Made by a program: the position numbers and the translations under genes
Shown here: piece after piece, positions 34,211 to 40,108 of the stretch
Position numbering within the stretch: the first letter of the stretch is position 1
How the letters are laid out: every line of letters starts with the position of its first letter
Virus record (IMG/VR): IMGVR_UViG_3300043103_000273
Location: 1-40,108 of that record
Strand: one strand, 5' to 3'
DNA: 40,108 nt
Source: a virus
Lineage: Duplodnaviria > Caudoviricetes
Notes under the pieces: generated by a model
What the model was told of the DNA's origin: nothing
Seen by the model: the letters and a program-made list of their open reading frames with translations, nothing else
Databases searched by the model: none

Positions 34211-34474
34211 TTACCTCTCTAGCAGCTTTACTGCCCCTTGCAGCCCTGAATACAGGGTGGCCAGTTCGTTCAGGTGCATTGTTGCCAGCGACTCTGGCAC
34301 CCGATCGGCTTGCATCTGCGTGGCCATGGTCTCGCAGTAGTGCCCGTAAATCGCTACCGCCCGATTGCGTGCCTCTGGCGCAATACCTGGTAGCAAGGTA
34401 TTCACCAACGCGGCCAAACCCGTGCAGCGAGTTTCGAGTCTGACGATGCGAGTCTCTAGTTCGTCGTTTGTCAT
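34211..34474 (-). CDS. Antisense moron B, 87-aa helical protein
   Basis: GACAAT -10-like site and AAGGGG RBS; coiled-coil N-terminus. Confidence 0.7.
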   Translation of the reverse strand: MTNDELETRIVRLETRCTGLAALVNTLLPGIAPEARNRAVAIYGHYCETMATQMQADRVPESLATMHLNELATLYSGLQGAVKLLER

Positions 34475-34627
34475 GAGTGCCCCTTTCATTGGACGTGGTT
34501 GTGTGAGATCTCCATTGTCCATTGATTGGGGCATTCGTCTTTTGCGGCGTGATTTTCATGCCGCCAATCGTCCGTTTTTTTAACCTTTTGAGCCACACAA
34601 CTGCTCACAACTTTGTTGAGAGGTCGA

Positions 34628-34999
34628 ATGAACCAAGTAGCAATCCCGGTTGAAATGCGCCCCGAAGAGGTGGCCCGCAAGCAGTCGCTGGGGGACGCGC
34701 TGCAGATGTGCGCCGAGTTGGCAGGCTTTGGCCTGGACAAGGAGTTGCAGCAGCGCCTGGGCGTGGACAAGGCCCAGTTCAGCCGCTGGTCGTCGGGCAC
34801 TGAGGGCATTGTGTGGCCCAAGTTTGCGAAGCTGATGGACGCTTGCGGCAACGATGCGCCGCTGATGTGGATGCTGCACCAGCGCGGCTATGACTTGCAT
34901 GCGGTGCGCAAGCGCGAGAGCGAGACCGAAAAGCTCAATCGCAAGTTGCGCGAGGAAAACGCGGCCTTGCGCCGGGTGTTGCTGGGCGGTGCAGCATGA
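34628..34999 (+). CDS. CII-position HTH regulator
   Basis: GAGG RBS; 'LGVDKAQFSRW' HTH; C-terminal coiled coil. Confidence 0.8.
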   Translation: MNQVAIPVEMRPEEVARKQSLGDALQMCAELAGFGLDKELQQRLGVDKAQFSRWSSGTEGIVWPKFAKLMDACGNDAPLMWMLHQRGYDLHAVRKRESETEKLNRKLREENAALRRVLLGGAA

Positions 35000-35304
35000 G
35001 GCCCGCTGGCAAGATCAGGCAGGCCTTGATGCTGGCAGCGCGTGATGTGGTGGCCGATTTTGGCATGCCCCACCGTGGCGCCACGCTGGCCGAGCTGGCC
35101 GCGCGCTCTTGTGTGGGGCGCGATGCGGCCCGCCGCTATGTGGACAACATGCGCCGCAGCGGCGCGCTGCAAATTGTGGGCGCGCGCCGGGTGGACTACC
35201 GTAACCGGCCTGTGGCTGAGTACGCGCCGGCCGATCTGGCCACACCGTCTGCCACGCAGGGGTGGGTGAGCTTGGGCAACACACTGCAGCACTGGGTGCG
35301 GTAA
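34996..35304 (+). CDS. Winged-HTH hypothetical protein
   Basis: 'ATLAELAA...V..M.RSG.L'; ATGA coupling. Confidence 0.75.
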   Translation: MRPAGKIRQALMLAARDVVADFGMPHRGATLAELAARSCVGRDAARRYVDNMRRSGALQIVGARRVDYRNRPVAEYAPADLATPSATQGWVSLGNTLQHWVR

Positions 35305-35382
35305 GCACCCGCATGGCAAATACACAAACCCCGGTGGTGCTGCCGGGCCGGACAAACACCCCCGGCACAGGGGTGGTGCGCC

Positions 35383-38097
35383 ATGGCTGAGCACACACCC
35401 GCGCAGCCCTTGCCCCCCATCCGCTTTGCCGAGCTGGCAGCGGCGCTGTTGGCCCGCGCTACCACGCTGGTGCCTGCCTGGCTGCCCGGTGGTGCGCAGC
35501 GGGGACATGAGTATGTGTGTGGCTCGCTATCAGGTGGCCAGGGCAGCAGCTGCTCGGTCAACTTGTCCACCGGCAAGTGGGCCGACTTTGCGGCCGATGT
35601 GGCGGGCAATGACCTGGTGGGCCTGTACGCCGCCATACACGACCTGCCCATGGGCAAGGCGGCGGTGCAGCTGGCGCGTGAGGAGGGCTTAGAGGATGTG
35701 GCCGGTGTGCAGCCCGCGCGCGAAGGGGCTGCCCCTGCGCCTAAGCCACCACGTCCAGCACCACCGCCTGCACCTGCACCCAAGCAAGACGAGGGCTGGT
35801 GCACCGTGGTGCCGGTGCCAGAGTTTGCCCCTGCCGCCACGTTTAAGCATCAATTTCGCAAGCCCGAGGAGATAGAGCACACCGCCGTCTACCAGATAGA
35901 CGGTGCGCTGTATGGCTACGTAGTGCGTTTTAGGACGAGCGACGGGGGTAAGGAGACGCTGCCCTACGCCTGGTGCACCAGTGCCCGTGATGGCGCATCA
36001 CGCTGGCACTGGAAGCAGTGGGACGAGCCGCGGCCTTTGTATTTTCCCGGCGGGTTGTCGCCCCTTGCCTACGGGCTGCACCACCAGCTGGCAGCGCCTG
36101 CGCCCTTGCCCACGGTGGTGCTGGTGGAGGGCGAAAAAAAGGCGGGCATTTTGCAAGCGCTGCTGGATGCCCACGCGAGCGGTGTGTATCTGGTGTGCAG
36201 TTGGTCGGGCGGGTGCAAGGCATGGAAGAAGGCAGACTGGTCGTGGCTTAATGGCTGCACGGTGCTGCTATGGCCCGACTGTGATGGCAAGCGTGAGCCG
36301 CTGACTAAGAAGGAGCGCGAGGCCTGCTTAGACGATGCAGCCCGCGACATAGCCCAGGCCATGAAGCCGCTGCTTAGCGCAGACAAGCAGCCCGGCATGG
36401 CGGCCATGCTGGGCATAGGCGCGCTCTTGCGCAGTGCGCACGCTTGCACCGTGCAGCTGCTGCCCATACCCGAGCCGCTGACTGTGCCCGATGGGTGGGA
36501 CTGTGCCGATGCCATTAGCACCGATGGCTGGGATGGTGCCCGTGTACTGGCCTTCTTTGGCCGTGCGCAGCCTTTGCTTGCAGGCAGTGGGGCAGGCCCT
36601 CAAGCGGAGCCGGGTGGTAGCGATGGCGGTGGTGGCAAAAATCGCGATCGCCCCGTTAGCACTGGGGGCGGTGAGGATGGCGTGGGTGGCGATAGCGATG
36701 CATTCCAGGGGCACCTGGACTTTATGTGCGCAAAGCTCAAGTGTGAGGTGCGCGACCTGGGTGTCAACCGCAAGCTGCTCATTACCGCGCTGCGCAAAGC
36801 GCCGGGCTTAAAAGACTGCCTGGGCCTTAATGAGCTCACCGGCGCGCCTAGCACCCAGGTGCCTTGGCCCTGGCGTGCTGAGCCTGGCCCACTGGCTGAG
36901 ACGGACGATTTGCGCCTGGGGGACTACCTGTGCCAGAAGTACGGTGTCAAGGCAGCCAGCCGCGCGGCACTGGCTGAGGCCATAGACACGGTGGCAGACG
37001 AGCGGCGTTTCCACCCTATACGCGACTGGCTGCGGGGCCTGCAGTGGGATGGCACGCCGCGCGTGGACAAGTGGTTTATCCATGTGCTGGGCATGACTCC
37101 GGATGGCCTGGCGCCAAGGCCCAAATACAAGCGTTATCTGGAGCTGGTAGGGCGCTTTTTGCTCATGGGCCTGGTGGCCAGGGTGATAGAGCCGGGCTGC
37201 AAGTTTGACTACTCGCCGGTGCTGGAGGGCACTACAGGTCGTGGCAAGTCTACATTCGTCAAGACGCTGGTCGGCCTGGACTACTTTAGCGATACCCACT
37301 TCGATCTTGGCAGCGGCAACGCCGGCATGGAGCAGCTGGAGGGCCTGTGGGGCTATGAGCTGAGCGAGCTGACTCCATTGCGCCGGGCCGATAGTGAGCA
37401 GGTCAAGCAGTTTTTTAGCTCCACCACCGACCGCTTCCGGGGTGCCTATGGCAAGTATGTGCAAAGCCATCCACGCCAGTGTGTGATTTTTTGCTCCACG
37501 AATAAAAAGCAGTACCTCTACGACTTGACGGGTAACCGGCGCTTTTGGCCGGTGTGGATAGACGAGTTTATCAAGCTGGCCTGGCTTACCAAGTGGCGTG
37601 AGCAACTGTTTGCCGAAGCTTACGCCTTGTACATGGCGGGTGAGCGCTACACACCCACGCCGGAGGAAGAGGACTTGTATTTTGTGCCAGAGCAAAGAAA
37701 GCGTTTGGTAGAGACTGCGGTGCAGTCTCGCTTGTACGAGCTGCTCACGCGCGAGGGCGCGTCCAATGGAGAGGGCAAGTTGAGCGTGGAGATCAATGTT
37801 CACTTGACCTTTGTCACGCTAGACCGCTTAGTGTCGGCACTGGGTGCGGATGCGGCCAAGTCCAGCAGCTTGCTGGAGGCACAGATACGTGGCTGGCTAG
37901 AGTCCCAAGGGTGGACTTATGGCCGCGAGGGTGGTGGTACGCGCAGGCGGGGCTATAAGCAGCCGCCCGTGTGGCCACCCGAGATTACCGATGATGAAGA
38001 CGAGTCCGCACCACCCCGCAAGGGTGGGCCTGCGGACGACACGGCAGGCCCCGCACAGGGCCAAGACCATGAGGGCGATGACGATGAGCCATTTTGA
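35383..38097 (+). CDS. Primase (Toprim)-VapE/VirE helicase replication protein
   Basis: N-terminal 'SVNL.TG.WADFA', Toprim 'VEGEK' and 'WPDCD', Walker A 'GTTGRGKST', 'DLTGNRRFWP'. Confidence 0.92.
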   Translation: MAEHTPAQPLPPIRFAELAAALLARATTLVPAWLPGGAQRGHEYVCGSLSGGQGSSCSVNLSTGKWADFAADVAGNDLVGLYAAIHDLPMGKAAVQLAREEGLEDVAGVQPAREGAAPAPKPPRPAPPPAPAPKQDEGWCTVVPVPEFAPAATFKHQFRKPEEIEHTAVYQIDGALYGYVVRFRTSDGGKETLPYAWCTSARDGASRWHWKQWDEPRPLYFPGGLSPLAYGLHHQLAAPAPLPTVVLVEGEKKAGILQALLDAHASGVYLVCSWSGGCKAWKKADWSWLNGCTVLLWPDCDGKREPLTKKEREACLDDAARDIAQAMKPLLSADKQPGMAAMLGIGALLRSAHACTVQLLPIPEPLTVPDGWDCADAISTDGWDGARVLAFFGRAQPLLAGSGAGPQAEPGGSDGGGGKNRDRPVSTGGGEDGVGGDSDAFQGHLDFMCAKLKCEVRDLGVNRKLLITALRKAPGLKDCLGLNELTGAPSTQVPWPWRAEPGPLAETDDLRLGDYLCQKYGVKAASRAALAEAIDTVADERRFHPIRDWLRGLQWDGTPRVDKWFIHVLGMTPDGLAPRPKYKRYLELVGRFLLMGLVARVIEPGCKFDYSPVLEGTTGRGKSTFVKTLVGLDYFSDTHFDLGSGNAGMEQLEGLWGYELSELTPLRRADSEQVKQFFSSTTDRFRGAYGKYVQSHPRQCVIFCSTNKKQYLYDLTGNRRFWPVWIDEFIKLAWLTKWREQLFAEAYALYMAGERYTPTPEEEDLYFVPEQRKRLVETAVQSRLYELLTREGASNGEGKLSVEINVHLTFVTLDRLVSALGADAAKSSSLLEAQIRGWLESQGWTYGREGGGTRRRGYKQPPVWPPEITDDEDESAPPRKGGPADDTAGPAQGQDHEGDDDEPF

Positions 38098-38262
38098 CCA
38101 GCGAGGGCCTTGTGTGGCCGAAAAGGTCGTGGCCCAACAAACGCGCCTCACCCCACCACCTACCAGACGCAAGATTGGCAGTAGGTGTTGTGGTGCGGTA
38201 GCGGGGAAGTCAATGCACGCGCCTATGACGTAGCCCCATCTTGTCGCGCTAAGGCGGCTGGG

Positions 38263-38476
38263 CGTCCACACGTCCACCCTTTGGCATGGAGCACACAGCA
38301 CGGTTGTATTTGTGTAAATACCGAGTTGGAGCTGCTGCATTGTCCAAGTGTTTGTAAGCCACAGCGCGATCTCTCTAATGTGCGCACGCCATGTGTGGGT
38401 GTGCGCCCGCGTACGCGCTCGCGAGCGGGATATGTGTGTGTGATGACATCAATGTAATTAAGTGGACGGGTGGACG
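38263..38476. other. Putative replication origin
   Basis: (CGTCCAC)x2 at 38263 and 38271, inverted (GTGGACG)x2 at 38462 and 38470, flanking AT-rich patches just after the primase-helicase gene. Confidence 0.6.
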
Positions 38477-38498
38477 GATTGAACCAACAGGAGCTGCC

Positions 38499-38804
38499 AT
38501 GACAACAGACATACAAGACCAGATTGAGCAAATTAAGCGCTACATGCCTGAGACTTACAAAAGCATCCAGGCCAAGGTGGTGGCGATTGGCAAGCCCGCA
38601 TTTGGCCTGGTGCGCCGTGGCCTGCGTGGCGAGGCTAATTGTTTCTGGGCCATGGAGCGTGGTCGCGTGGTGGGCACACCATTTGCACTGACAGAGGTCA
38701 CCCGTGACGTGGCGCAGTACATGGTGACCTTTGGTTGTGCATACGTCTGCATTTGGGCTGAGTCCGCCAGTCACCCCACAGGAGGCTCTAATGGCACGCA
38801 TTGA
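38499..38804 (+). CDS. Hypothetical phage protein
   Basis: AGGAG RBS before ATG 38499; 'IKRYMPETY', 'FWAMERG.VVGTPF'. Confidence 0.8.
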   Translation: MTTDIQDQIEQIKRYMPETYKSIQAKVVAIGKPAFGLVRRGLRGEANCFWAMERGRVVGTPFALTEVTRDVAQYMVTFGCAYVCIWAESASHPTGGSNGTH

Positions 38805-39195
38805 CTGGGTCAGGCACCGGCTGGAAAATTGGGCACGCTGGTGCCAGCAAAGTGAATCTGGCGCGCTCGGATACCCCAAGCAAAGTGCATTTGCCCGGCT
38901 GTACATTTCGGGGGGTCGCAATGACAGTGCGGTGCCGATCTCTAATCTGGAAGCTAGCGAGACCGATGATGCGGTCAAGTCTTTGCAGTTCACCCAGTCC
39001 CACTTGTATGATGCCCTGGTACTCACTTATGCCAAAGGCCTGCCCCGGCATCTAGTGGCCAAGCGCATGGGCCGCGCTGAGAGTACTATCCGCAAGAACC
39101 TGGAGGATGCCGAGCACGCCATCAAGCGTTGGCTGGATGACAAACAGGCCATCAAAAATAAGCAAGCGACTGCAAAAAGTAGTTTCACGTCATAG
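38791..39195 (+). CDS. Late antiterminator Q-like protein
   Basis: GGAGG RBS; 'RLENWARW', C-terminal HTH; followed by a short leader with terminator. Confidence 0.8.
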   Translation: MARIDWVRHRLENWARWCQQSESGALGYPKQSAFARLYISGGRNDSAVPISNLEASETDDAVKSLQFTQSHLYDALVLTYAKGLPRHLVAKRMGRAESTIRKNLEDAEHAIKRWLDDKQAIKNKQATAKSSFTS

Positions 39196-39271
39196 CACTT
39201 TCCTGTACATTTCAGGCATTGCTGAGAAATTCAGTCAAGCGAAAGTTATTTGACCGTTTTATTCATCACGG

Positions 39272-39295
39272 AACCCGCTAAAGGCGGGTTTTTTT
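39272..39295 (+). terminator. tR'-like terminator before the late genes
   Basis: AACCCGC-TAAAG-GCGGGTT followed by a T-run that abuts ATG 39296. Confidence 0.8.
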
Positions 39296-40048
39296 ATGCT
39301 CGGCGTCAAAATCGATGATTCCAAGCTAAAGCGGCGCACCACAGAGATGTCGAGGCTACTGCCCAAGGTCACAGCAGATGCGCTCAACTGGACCATCTTT
39401 AATGTGCGCGATGCGCACCGTGGCGCGATGGCCTCGGTGTTTGACAGGCCAACACCCTTCACACTCAACAACAGCAACCTGGTCATTCGCGCAACACCCG
39501 CAACCCAGAAGGCCAAGACTAAGCTGCGTGACGATCAATCGACAGGGATCGCACCAATCAAGTACCTGCGCCCTCAGATTTTCGGTGGTGACCGTGGCAT
39601 CAAGCGCTTTGAGAAGGCTCTGCAAGCGCGTGGCCTGATGCCCAACGGCTGGTATGCCATGCCGGGCAATGGTGCCAAGCTCAATGCCTATGGCAATATG
39701 AATGGCGGCCTTTTTGTGCAGATACTGAGTGTGCTGGGTGCTGCTGAGCAGACCTCGGGCTATAGCGCCAACCAGACCTACAGGAGTAGCAAGCGGAACA
39801 AGAAGCCGCGTGATTACTTTGTCAGCCGCCCTGGTGCAACCAACAACCTGCGCGGTGCTGCTGGTCGGCTGCCCTATGGTGTTTATCAGCGCCTGCCCGG
39901 TGGTCGCATTGTCACCATCCTGCGCTTCAGGCCACGGGTTAAGTACCAGCCTCGCTTCGATTACCACGGCATTGCCAAGAAAGTAGCAGCTACAGACTTC
40001 CCGCGCTTGATGCGCAAAGCCTGGCAGCGCGTCACTGCAATCAAGTAG
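39296..40048 (+). CDS. Tail completion / neck protein (gpZ-like)
   Basis: Basic protein, 'ALNWT', 'FDRPTPFT', 'GVYQR', 'Y.PRFDY'. Confidence 0.7.
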   Translation: MLGVKIDDSKLKRRTTEMSRLLPKVTADALNWTIFNVRDAHRGAMASVFDRPTPFTLNNSNLVIRATPATQKAKTKLRDDQSTGIAPIKYLRPQIFGGDRGIKRFEKALQARGLMPNGWYAMPGNGAKLNAYGNMNGGLFVQILSVLGAAEQTSGYSANQTYRSSKRNKKPRDYFVSRPGATNNLRGAAGRLPYGVYQRLPGGRIVTILRFRPRVKYQPRFDYHGIAKKVAATDFPRLMRKAWQRVTAIK

Positions 40049-40096
40049 TCACCCACCCCCCCCCTAAAGGTACTTCCCACCCCCACCCCCCACGCG

Positions 40097-40108
40097 AGTA
40101 ATTCGAGC
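40097..40108. repeat. Terminal 12-bp direct repeat, right copy
   Basis: Identical to 1-12. Confidence 0.9.

Noticed and set aside
33423-34598. 391-aa minus-strand ORF
   Set aside because: Low-complexity Arg-rich shadow frame overlapping better-supported genes on both strands
35325-35380. GC-rich hairpin before the primase gene as an ncRNA or terminator
   Set aside because: Short imperfect stem, no U-tract and no recognisable family

Overview
The window looks like a complete ~40.1 kb temperate siphovirus genome, with a 12-bp terminal direct repeat (AGTAATTCGAGC) just upstream of terS. A betaproteobacterial (Comamonadaceae-like) host is inferred from gene content only. Gene order: lambda-type terminase, a 1173-aa insert, a 12-aa-repeat protein, gpW, lambda-type portal, protease-capsid fusion, tail genes with a -1 frameshift chaperone and GTA-like tail tip, a beta-propeller fibre, the lysis cassette (M15 endolysin, holins, embedded Rz/Rz1), attP (tRNA-Ser-like 3' end), P4-like integrase and AlpA, the leftward early operon, the cI/cro switch, primase-VapE helicase, a putative ori, Q and gpZ. 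The most striking observation is an array of four integron attC-like sites (25419-26490) in the early operon. Their R boxes pair across neighbouring sites as in true gene cassettes, the cassette genes are inverted relative to canonical integrons, and no integron integrase is present. Other notable items are a PagP-like barrel with a G9 tract behind cI, a SLATT-like moron with a polyproline leader, a ParB-FtsK-gamma fusion, and several antisense genes nested in open frames. All family calls come from motif recognition by eye, not database searches.
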